Assembly (NCBI GenBank): GCA_051942205.1
Contig: JAVECO010000107.1
Location: 1-64,000 of the forward strand
Source of the DNA: Coniocarpon cinnabarinum
Taxonomy: Eukaryota
Reading direction: 5' to 3'
Length of the DNA stretch: 64,000 nucleotides
In this document: piece after piece, positions 1 through 10,116 of the stretch
How positions within the stretch are numbered: position 1 is the first letter of the stretch
Layout: each line of letters begins with the position of its first letter
Notes under the pieces: generated by a model
Told to the model about the DNA's origin: nothing
What the model saw: only the letters and a program-made list of their open reading frames with translations
Database searches by the model: none
Position numbers and translations under genes: made by a program

Positions 1-540
1 GCTCCCCCCCGGACTTTAGAGCCCATCCCCCTTCCGGTCTAGTATTTTTAGAGCCTTGGTCCCCCATTGATCAGTGATGTGCCATTCTCTTTCCTTTCCC
101 GCCAGGTCATCTGCTTCTCTCCTGAGTCTTGCACCCCTCCATCACGCTTATCTCGCGCTCCTCCTCGCTCGCTATACGAGGTCCTTCCCACTTCAGCCAG
201 GGATCTGCGGGGCAGGCGGCGAGACAGAACACGGCTGTTTCAGTGGCTTGTTTTCGATTATACGCTGTTGACTATACGCTGTACAACTATTTATGTTACT
301 GCTTGCTAGCGGCAACCATGCTGCGTCTCTGTTCACGATGCTCCCTCACTCGTGAGTCTGCTGATTCGTATACGCAGTCACACACATCTTACTCCTTCTT
401 AAGCATCTCTCGAACGTCTCTGTCTTCGCCCAAGTGCTGATCTTTCATCCTTCGTTGACTGAACGGTTGACTTCAACGCTCGGCACCGCCCGAAAGAGCT
501 CAGATGACTCTCACATGCACCCACACTCGCATCAACCCCT

Positions 541-1482
541 CTACAGCCCTCGCTCAATCCTAAACGCCTCATCCAGCTCCTTCAAATGCGCCACGTCCGC
601 CTCCTTCCCCATCGCCGGCAGCGGCCTCCTTGGCACACCCCCATAGCCCGCAAACGCCACCAGCGCGCTTTTCGTCCCTGGGATCCCACTCCTCCCCAGC
701 ACCCAGTCCGCGTGCGCCAGCGTCTTCTGCTTCTCGATCGCCTCCTCCAGCTTGCCCGACGCCGCCAGATTCCACACCTGCACGCAGAACTTCGGGATCA
801 CGTTCGCCGTCCCGGCGATGACCCCGCTGCCGCCCGAGACCAGCGTCTGGACCGTCATGTCCGCCATGCCGCCGGCTGCGAGGACGCCTTTGCCGGTGCT
901 CTTGGAGGAGATGGCGTTCGTGGCGGCGGCGAAGCGTGTGAGTTTGCCAGTGTTGGCGCATGTGAACTTGGCGCCCTTCACGTTGGGGTGCTGTGCGATG
1001 CGGCTCATGAGGTCAGAGTCCATGTCGACGCCGGCCACCGCTCCAGGGTAGTTGTACATCATGACGGGGATGGGACTCTCGTCGGCGACGTGCTTGTAGA
1101 AGTCGTGGATGACGTCGTTGCTCATGAAGCCGCGGTAGTAATGCGGTGGGAGGATCATGGCATGGTCCGCGCCGGCGTTGGCGGCGTCCTTGGTGAGTGC
1201 TATCGTGCCTCGCACACTCTGTTCGGTGCATCCTGCAATGACGCAGACGTCTTTGAAGCCGGCCTCGTCGAGGGCGGAGCGCGTGGCTTTGATGATGGAG
1301 GTACGTTCCGAGGGAGTTAAGTGCACTGCTTCGCCATTGGAGCCCATCACGACTAATCCCACGAGGCCATCTTTGGCTAGGCGAACGGCGTGCTTCTGCT
1401 GAGTAGGTAGGTCTACGTCTTCTGTCTTGGAGTCAAACATTGTAAATACTGGTGCGTAGACACCTGGTCGTAATGGCGCCAT
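541..1482 (-). CDS. gaaC: DHDPS-family aldolase, likely L-threo-3-deoxy-hexulosonate (2-keto-3-deoxy-L-galactonate) aldolase of D-galacturonate catabolism
   Basis: Intronless 313-aa ORF with DHDPS motifs GSNGE, YNYP and Schiff-base lysine region KFTC. The N-terminus PLRPGVYAP...DVDLPT..KHAVRLAK and DMDSDL/ANTGKLTR match my recollection of fungal GaaC/LGA1. Confidence 0.85.
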   Translation of the reverse strand: MAPLRPGVYAPVFTMFDSKTEDVDLPTQQKHAVRLAKDGLVGLVVMGSNGEAVHLTPSERTSIIKATRSALDEAGFKDVCVIAGCTEQSVRGTIALTKDAANAGADHAMILPPHYYRGFMSNDVIHDFYKHVADESPIPVMMYNYPGAVAGVDMDSDLMSRIAQHPNVKGAKFTCANTGKLTRFAAATNAISSKSTGKGVLAAGGMADMTVQTLVSGGSGVIAGTANVIPKFCVQVWNLAASGKLEEAIEKQKTLAHADWVLGRSGIPGTKSALVAFAGYGGVPRRPLPAMGKEADVAHLKELDEAFRIERGL

Positions 1483-1693
1483 TGTAGATCCTTAGATGAC
1501 GACAGTAAGTGCAGACTGTTTATATCGCTGAAAAATATGCGTTTTCTGGGATCGCCGGCGCAGTGAGGACAGAGAAAGAGGATATAGAGGTCGGGCGTTC
1601 GCTGCAGAGGGATCCGACTGTGAAAAAGCGAGGGTGGGGTGGGCAGGAGCATGTGGAGTCACGGGAGCTTCAGGAACGGCGCCAGCAAGGGCA

Positions 1694-2518
1694 TCAGTCG
1701 AGGAGGCTGACCTCCTCTGGCAACGTCTTGCGGTACTCGAGCGTCGCAATGCGTCGCAGAAGTCCATCGACGTAGCCCTGCGTGTCTTCTTTGACCTTCT
1801 GCAGCCACCTTTGCTCCTCCCTAACCGCCTCTCGGTCCTTGTTGACAGCCTCCCTGGCTGCTTCCTGTCGCCTCTCAAGGTCATCGGCGCGCGACTTTTC
1901 AAGGCGGTGCTCCGTGGCAGCATCCTGCCACTTCGCGCGCATCTTGGCAATCTCTTCGTCCTTGCGCTTCAGCTCATACGCAATCAGGAACGTCGACTGG
2001 ATCTTGTCGCCCAGTTCCGGGATGTTGAGGTGGTCGAACTGAGCCGAGAGGGCACTCGCCCTCTCGACGTCTTTCTTGAACGATATGGCGGCGAGCTTGT
2101 GATTCTGGGCGCTGCGCTCTGCTGCTTCCTGCTTGTCTTGAGCGAGGGTCAGCTGCACCTCTGCGGAGGTCTTCTCCCTGGCGAGTCTGCGTCTGTCTTC
2201 GACGACGCTTCGGTGCTCTGACTGCAGCGTGGAGAGATCGCGCTGTGCCAATAATGCGTGTTTCTCGTGTTTGGCGTCGTTGGCCTCGAGCGCTGCTTGA
2301 ATACGCGGTTGGATGATTAGTAGGTCGAAAAAGACGCCTGCGCCGCGCAACAAACCAGAAAAGTAACCAAAGACAACGACGAAGATGGTGAAACCGCACA
2401 GGGTGAGAAGCTGGGAGGTATCGGCGAGGAAGTCGAGCAAGTACAGGTAAGTCGGGCTGGCGAAGCGGAAGAGAAACAGAAGAGCGAGGAGGGACATGAA
2501 GATGTCGAAAATTGCCAT
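1694..2518 (-). CDS. Hypothetical protein with two N-terminal hydrophobic (TM-like) segments and a long coiled coil
   Basis: 274-aa ATG ORF. Residues ~1-70 are hydrophobic and the rest is E/K/R/Q/A/L-rich with heptad-like character. No family recognised. Confidence 0.6.
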   Translation of the reverse strand: MAIFDIFMSLLALLFLFRFASPTYLYLLDFLADTSQLLTLCGFTIFVVVFGYFSGLLRGAGVFFDLLIIQPRIQAALEANDAKHEKHALLAQRDLSTLQSEHRSVVEDRRRLAREKTSAEVQLTLAQDKQEAAERSAQNHKLAAISFKKDVERASALSAQFDHLNIPELGDKIQSTFLIAYELKRKDEEIAKMRAKWQDAATEHRLEKSRADDLERRQEAAREAVNKDREAVREEQRWLQKVKEDTQGYVDGLLRRIATLEYRKTLPEEVSLLD

Positions 2519-3412
2519 GTCGAAGGCGCTGAAGCTGTCCGATGGCGTTTCTGAAAATTATTGTGTCTTGGACGATGATGTGAGTTGATTTGAGCTTTGA
2601 AAGAAGCTTTGGGCCTTGATGTCGTCCAGAAAGCTTTCAGAGAATTGCGAGTGCAGCTGAGAGAGGGAGCAGAAGCAGAAACGCTCAACAGGTTGTTGGG
2701 AAATATCTGAACCACTAGTGCATTCTGAGAGGCAGGCAGCGTGAGTGGGAATGGAAATGAAGGTGGAGGTGAAAGGCGCTGCCAGAACGCTGCACCTTTC
2801 ATTTTCATAAGAGATGGGATGAAAGAAAGGGGAAGTTTGCCACAGATGCGATTGCTCAGACAGCAAACATAGTTGTGTGCATGCCTCAGAGCTTTAGAAT
2901 GGAAACCGAGCGCGACAGCCTGATGTATTTGGTGGAGAATACATCATCCTGGTGTGAGAGAGCGGCGTATACGTATAACGCATATAGTTGATTGACCCAA
3001 TGTGATTATGGTCTTCTCTTTCACAGCTGGAACTGGATTTTACAAGTCAGAGCACAAGCAATCTTTACGGTTATGCTTCCAAGATGGTCAATACGCCAAA
3101 TGCCGCTGTGTTCTTCATCATACCGGCATACTCCAAGGGTGGCGTTCCACTCCCCTCATGTGCTCAGACAAGAAACGCACATGACAAAGATCACAGCACT
3201 TTTCCTCCTCAAATCCCACCAATAATCCCATCAAATCCCCAAAAGCCGCATTATCGCCCTCTCAAATCCGCTTCCTTGAATCACCAAATCGCTGCACCAA
3301 ACAAACCGCATCGCTGCAAAAGAAAACAGAATACGTCGTCCTTCCTATACCACGCTAAACCCCTCTCGTCTTCACCTCTCTCTCCCCCATCCAAAACTCT
3401 CCCGCATCAACA

Positions 3413-4507
3413 ATGGCACCCCCCCTCGAACTCTCCATCCCCAATCACACGAACACGACGCAAGACTCGAAAACATTCACGCTCTATCAGATATCCATCC
3501 GGCAGCCGCTGAGATCCTACACCGTTCCAAAACGGTACTCCGACTTCAGCGCCCTCGACGCTGCGCTCTCTCAGATCGCTCCACCGCCCGTTTCGCTCCC
3601 GCCCAAGACATGGCTCAAATCCACGACGTCATCGCCGGAGCTGGCAGAAGAGCGGCGAGCGGGACTCGAGCGGTATTTGAGAGCTATAGTGGACGCGAGT
3701 GACGGTCAATGGCGGGACGCAACGGTGTTTAAGACGTTTTTGAATCTGCCCACGACGAGTGCAAAGGGGGCGATATCCAGCACCGCCGGTCGATTGGGCA
3801 ATGCCACGATCATTGATCCGAATGTGTGGCTCGATGTCCATCGCGACTTGAAATCGCAGTTGCGCTCAGCCCGCCAAGCCGTGACGAGACGGGACACCGC
3901 GACGGACGCGAAGAATCAGCATGAGAGTGCGGCGGAGGCGAAGAGCTGCTTAATCCGTGCGGGGGGGATGATGAGCGCACTCGACGGCGGGTTAAAAACA
4001 CTCAGCAGCCCAGAACTTCAATCCAACACCGGAGGCAGCAGCAAACTCGGCGAGGGCGAAATCCGCCGACGCAAAGATCTCCTCGCGTCCGCGACGAAAG
4101 AGAAGGAAGCAGTGCAAGAAGCGCTCTCAGCCTCAATATCTCGCCATAACTTCGACGCCACACCCTCCGACGCCCCATCCGACACATCGACAAACCGCGA
4201 CGCGTTACTCTCCCCAAGCAAACCCGTCCGCAAAACCGGACGCACTCTCGGCGCGGCGCCCGAAACGGACGAAACCCACGTCCTGGACAATGAAGGCGTG
4301 GCGCAGTTGCAGGTCCAGAAGATGAGGGACCAAGATCAGGATGTCGAGGTTTTGACGAGCACGGTGCGTCGGATGCGGGAAATGGGCGTGCAGATTCATG
4401 ATGAGCTGCAGTTGCAGAATGAGATGTTGGATGTGCTGGGCGCGGACGCGGATCGGGTGCAGAAGAAGATTGATGTGGGGAGGAGGCGGGCGGATAAGAT
4501 TAAGTAG
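3413..4507 (+). CDS. VAM7: Vacuolar Qc-SNARE with PX domain
   Basis: N-terminal PX domain (KRYSDF, PP.LPPK, EERRAGLERYL), EGEIRRRKDLL, and a C-terminal SNARE motif (QDQD...IHDELQLQNEML) with no TM anchor. Confidence 0.9.
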   Translation: MAPPLELSIPNHTNTTQDSKTFTLYQISIRQPLRSYTVPKRYSDFSALDAALSQIAPPPVSLPPKTWLKSTTSSPELAEERRAGLERYLRAIVDASDGQWRDATVFKTFLNLPTTSAKGAISSTAGRLGNATIIDPNVWLDVHRDLKSQLRSARQAVTRRDTATDAKNQHESAAEAKSCLIRAGGMMSALDGGLKTLSSPELQSNTGGSSKLGEGEIRRRKDLLASATKEKEAVQEALSASISRHNFDATPSDAPSDTSTNRDALLSPSKPVRKTGRTLGAAPETDETHVLDNEGVAQLQVQKMRDQDQDVEVLTSTVRRMREMGVQIHDELQLQNEMLDVLGADADRVQKKIDVGRRRADKIK

Positions 4508-4837
4508 GGGTGTAGAAGGATACTGATGAGTCCTGGGGGGAGATTGGGTAATGCGTTCTCTGGAGATGCGGTTTGGGGCGTGATATTCGGTCATGGATAG
4601 AGTATCGAATTTATTCATCAGACTTTTGATAAGCTTCTTCCAGACAATATCGGATCATGTCTATTCACGCACTCGGAGAAACGCTTCTAAATAGATCTGA
4701 TGCTTGCACTGGTCTGCAGTATGTGTGAATTGCCATAAATGCCCGCATGCCCCCAAGACTTCTCCCGTTAGTAGACTAACCACAGCAACAATGCCAGATC
4801 CATAGTTCAGCACGGCTCTACTCAACGCCCAGCCCTA

Positions 4838-6328
4838 TCAGTCCGTCGTGCTCGCCCGTGCTCCAGGAGGTCCATTCATCATCGCGTCCTCCAAGTCTCT
4901 CACAAAAGTCCAATAGTCGCGCTCCTCCCACTGCAACGCCTTACCCCTGGCCCCGGCCCACACCGCGCGAAAAGCAAGCCACAGTCTCCTGCCCATGGGC
5001 AACTGCGCATTCATCGGCACCTCCCCGCCCGAGACCCGTCGCCAGACACACTCAGCGAGCTCGCGCTCACTGATGCACCAGTCGAGGTACACGCCGTCGG
5101 GATGACGCGTCGACGACGTACCGTGATCGAGATCAATGGCGCCTCGTTCCGTCAAGTACGCGACTTTGTCCTCCGGCAGAGCGGGTGAATCGTGAGAAGA
5201 AGACTGATTTGATGCAGCGACCGCGAGGTCCAAGACGTCGCTGGGCGACAGAATGCGGTCACAGGATCGGACGAAGAAACTCCAGTGGTACGGTCGAAAC
5301 GCACCCCCTGTCTCAGTGAAGAGATTGTCGGTCGCGCGAGGAAGCCAGGGTCGCGTGGCATCTGTGTCTGGGAACACGACTCGCAGGAGAAAGGTATACA
5401 CGAAGTTGTAGAGCTCCAGCATGTCGATCACATTTCGCGTGTCTTCATGCGGTATTTGTTGAGGCGGAGGCGTGACGGGCGAGCGTAGCGGAGCTTGAAA
5501 CAGCGGGGAGCGAGGATCCGTAGGGTGCGTTTCGGAGAGGGGAGTGATCACGGATGGCGCTGGTGCTTGTTTTGCACGCCAGTCCCAGAGTGACCACACG
5601 GAGTCGAAGAGAGTCTGCAATTCTTGCCAAGTGTCGGTATGGGTTCTTGACAGAAGCCAGTGCGCAGAGAGCGTCAAATGGATGGCGGTGAGAGCTCTGT
5701 AAAAGCGATGTCGGTGTTCTACATCAATTGACGTGGGAACGGGAGCTTCGGTCTGGTTGACACATGAGTGGACTCGCTCCCGAGCTTCAAATAGTCCAGA
5801 TTGGTTGACGGGTGCATACGTTTCTTCGTTGAATTCCTTGTCCGCAGAGTAAAGCGCGGAGATGTGCGGGTCCACATATAGGGATTGGAGACGATGAGAT
5901 GTACGCCATCGGCGATGTACAGCAACGACGTCGGCGTCTGTAATGGATGAAGATGTTGCGTCAAGACATTGCGAAAGCACTGAACCGTCTAATCGTTCTT
6001 CTTCGTAAAGCCTTGGGTTAGAAGCATAGTGTTTGTGAAGAATGGAGGTCTGATCTTGGATGCGGGCAAGCTTGGCGTCGTGGGCGAAGACAGGTGAGTT
6101 GCTCTGTTACAGGTTAAGAAACGAGCTACGTAACATGTGCGATTTCGTAGATTTCCAGTTTCCACTCACCACTATGCGTTTGAGTATGCTGCGCTGGGTC
6201 TGTTCGTGGGTCAGCACAGCCTGAAACGACCAGCAAGTCGAAGCGAGATTCGCTACGTCGTCAAAATCCTCGAGGTTAGAAAACACTTCGATCTTGAGCT
6301 CAGGAGGTAATGAGAAAATAGAGGCCAT
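4838..6328 (-). CDS. F-box domain protein (2 exons)
   Basis: Exon 1 (6328-6170) reads MASIFSLPPELKIEVFSNLEDFDDVANLASTCWSF, an F-box. Intron 6169-6104 (GTGAGT...TTAAC...CAG) joins in frame to the 4838-5980 ORF. Confidence 0.75.
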
Positions 6329-7265
6329 TGGTGTAGGCAGACGAGTGGTTATGCTAGGCAGGGATTGTGGCGACAGCAAAAGCAAGCGGAGACGTGCAGC
6401 TATTACGAGAAACACCACCAGAAGCAGTCAAAAGGCAGCTAGGAGGTCTGCCGCTGAGAGAAACATGAGCTTTAGACACATTGGCCTGATCTAGCGGAGG
6501 GCCACATCGCGGTGCTCAGACCCATTTTAGGGTACCTTTGATGAAGCCATCTGGCTTGTAGATATGCCACTTGGTCACAACGACGGCAGGAAGTCATGGA
6601 CCGTAGTTTGATCATGACGTGTGTGCAGCACCAAGAGTGGCCTGCAGCAGACTTGCCTCCACGATCGTGATTGAGGTTTGTTTAGAAAAGGCTTTGTGAA
6701 AGCGACAAGTATTAATGGTAATAATGGAAGCAGAGTTGTGACAAGAAGTTTGAGGTGGGTGGGGCGAAGCGCACGATAAAATTAACTCGTGAATTTGGCA
6801 GGGCTGGGGACTGGCGATACCTAGATTGCACGTGCGCCAAGCGTTCAGGGTCCAGCTGTTCCTATAGTTTCTCACGCAGGGACTTCGTTAGATCCCTTTC
6901 ACCGTCCACGATGTTCGATATCAAACATCTTAAAGGTCCAGTCACTCAGTCTTGTCAGCTTGATGACCGACGTCCAAGGTTGGGTCGCACAAGTCATGGC
7001 GTGAAGAAGGAATCATTCTCAGCACCCCGCCTGTGCGGTCGTCGGAAACGTCCTACAGTTAGGTTGCTCCAGAGTCGTACGGAGTCTTAGAAATTGAAGG
7101 AAACAATGTAATATTTGTGGTGTGGCATTTGCGCCAAGATTTCTGGTACTACACCTCGGTCGAAGTGCTTTTGACGAAGCGATGAAGTCGTTGATGGGCA
7201 TGGGTAGGTCAATCCTATCTACACCACTGCTTGAGGTGCCCTCACGCGTCCCCGGCGACACCAAT

Positions 7266-8608
7266 CTACAAATCGTTCTCGACCCTGGAAAGAACGCTTT
7301 TTGTAGAGTGTGGCATGCATTGTCGACACGTTAGTAAGCCACAGCTGCGGCATGCAACAGCATCGCTTCTTTGCGGGGTGTGCTCCTTGGTACTGGCAAA
7401 AATCTTCTGCCAGCAGACATGACATTGCATGCCATCTGTGTGCGGAGGCAAGGTAATCTACGCATGATTGGTTAGCGCTTTTCTTATGATCTCCTCAGTC
7501 AGGTAGAACCAACCTCATGGTTTTGGTTTCGAGTGACAGTATCAGGGGCAACAATTTTGCAGGACGTGTGCTTACAACTAGCCACGTCGATATGATAGCC
7601 TCCGCCTGGCTCGTCGCCAAAGTATGCTCCATTGCGTGCATCGAAAATGTCCAAGTCTCTCAGCCGTGGTGGAGGTCGAAGACGAGGGAGCGCATCCATC
7701 AAAGCGCTGTCCGTACCGCTGTCCTTCTCACCTTGCCCTGTCAATGTTTTCCTATCGCCTGATTCGACGGGCAGCTCTGCCCGTGTGACGTCTGCAAACA
7801 GTTTGTCGCCGACCGGAGTCACAGGCTCATCAGTGCCATTGCAGGCATCCGCTTCTTCATCATCTTGCAATCCTGGGTCCGAATAATCTGAGTTTGATGG
7901 CTCATACGCATCGGTGCACTGCGCAGTTACCCTGCATTCATCGACATGCTGCAGGCAGCCAAAGCAGAAGTGTGTTTCACACACCGGACAGGCCATATGC
8001 GGACAGCCGAACATACGCCTGACGCCATTGCCGCAGCCCGGACAACGCTTGTAACCCCACTTGTGAAGCAAGACACGAAGCCTTTCAAGGCCATCGTTTG
8101 GGCAAGTCCCATCATGTGCGAGCTGTCTGCACTCCCTGCACACGCGACTCGCGCACTTAGGGCAGTTCACCTGACTGTCATCTGCACCGCGTAGAGGAAC
8201 GAAAGCCGAGCAGGTAGGGACCGGGCAGTAGATCCTCTTCGAGCCCGGAGTCGAGGCTTCGCCAAATCTGTCCTGATAATGTTCTCTCTCGACTGGGCGC
8301 AGAGAAACTTCGTGTAGGTAGATGAGCTGACCGCAACAACAACGTGGAATCCGGGAAGTGAACATGCGGTGGAGGCAGTCCTTGCAGTGAATCTCACCAC
8401 AAGAGCAGGCTCTAGCTAGTTTATTTCTGTCTTGAGGTTCCTCGGGGTTGTACTCATCCAAGCAGACGCAGCACCGCACGAGTTTCTTGTTTTGCCCTTT
8501 GTCCTTTCCCGTCATAGCTGTAGGCTGAGTAGCTCTTTGCCTATGTCTTCTCCTACATCTTCGCAAACCCAATCTTGATACGATTTTGCCAAGGAGACCG
8601 GTCCTCAT
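7266..8608 (-). CDS. RBR (RING1-IBR-RING2) E3 ubiquitin ligase with extra C-terminal Cys cluster
   Basis: RING1 CCVC...CGEIHCKDC, IBR IYCPVPTC...CPKC...CRECRQLAH and RING2 KRCPGC...GCPHMAC..CETHFCFGC. Intron 7513-7458 (GTTGGT...CTAAC...TAG) leads to a last exon with CHVC...CRSC...CRQC, stop at 7266. Confidence 0.85.
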
Positions 8609-10116
8609 TCTGCGAGGTGAACAAACGAGGATTGCTCTGACAGAGAAAAAGTGCCGTGATATATGGATGACGCATGTCCGCTCATTGACTCACGGGCTAT
8701 CAGGCACCACTCACCTGCCTACGCGAGCGAGCCGCAGAGGAAAGGCTTCACTGACGCTCGAGCACTCCACTTTCGCAGGCGTGACTGAAGCGAGCGGCGG
8801 GAGAGCAAAGACGATGCGTTGGTTTGCACATGCAGCGGGGCTTCTGCCTTGCAGGTGGCACTGCCTCACCAAGCTCGCCTAGTGGACGCCTGCACGCTCC
8901 GATATTCTCCATACCCTGGCGAGGCATCCGAAAGCATCCTTTTCCTGACAGGGCGAGACAGGGATTATTTCTGGCCTGTGTTGCAATCTTTGAAACCGTA
9001 GGCCAAGAAGAGGGTGCGACGGGCAGCAGATGTACCGTGCAAAAAGGGGTGCATCGTGCATGTCGTCGACCCTGAGTCACGAGGGACACGCGATGCCAAA
9101 GACCAGCATGGCGCCAAACACGAGGTTCATGGAAAGATCCGCGCGTCGTGGAAAGTGAAGCATCAGTGCTGAATGACTGCATCCTGCAAAATCTCCGACA
9201 CGAGACAGCCACCAAGCGCAACCCGCGCCCGTTTGGGATTTGAGTGTGGACTATTCCACCGTCGCAATTTCGAGTTGGCTGGCCTCTGCATCCAATGGTG
9301 CCGCACAGATGCCCTTTCCTGTCGTTCTCGCTCTCGTCAGCCAACAGGTCACATATCATCCCTCATCAGGCTGCACGCCATGCCATGGTGGTGCCGAGGG
9401 GGTCTCTACGAGTAGTCATGCCGCCAACACCGTTATCATGGCCAGATCGTGCGTCCAGCGCCGAGCTCAGTGAGACTTGGACGCGGACAGCCGCAGACTC
9501 ATCTCGCTCTCTCCCCGCCAGAAATTACAGTGAATGTAGAGTCGCCCAGTGTTTCAACGTCTGCCAACCAGGCCGGCGGGACGCTGACCATACGAACACT
9601 GGATCTCATCTGCGTCTGATCCCCAGGCCGGGATGCTGGGTGCTGGATGCTAGAGCGACTGGCGACGGGGGTTGTCGCTCGCGTCTCCACGCCACCAGCC
9701 CCGGTGCCTGAGACAGGCCTGGAGCGCGTCGAGCGTCGCGGCCTCATTGGTCGCGCTGATGCTGAGGATACTCCGTAGCAGGATATAGCCGTTGTGCACC
9801 TCCTGCTGGCGGTCGTGACGCACCTCGGACCCTGGCTGCAGTCGTCATCTTGCGTGTTGCTCGCCAGGCTCGTCTGGCCCTCTAGCCCGAACGCAGCCTC
9901 TCTTCCGCCAATCGTCCCTCTCCCCTCCGATGCCCACACTAGGCCCATACTGCCCTCGTCTCCGCCCCGAACCAAATGCCTTTGCACGCCTCTCCACAAA
10001 TACCTTATCCTCCATGCCAGCGTCCAGTCACGAGCCTTCCTTGTCCTCTGTCCTCCTCACCTTCCCAAATGCCTCCTCCGTTGTCGCTGTCTGAGTCCGC
10101 GTGACTGGCCTTCCCA

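Noticed and set aside
586..1320. Long antisense/overlapping ORFs (e.g. 586-1320, 59141-60169, 30391-31098, 11818-12522)
   Set aside because: These are shadows of GC3-rich real genes on the opposite strand or in another frame, with no independent motifs.
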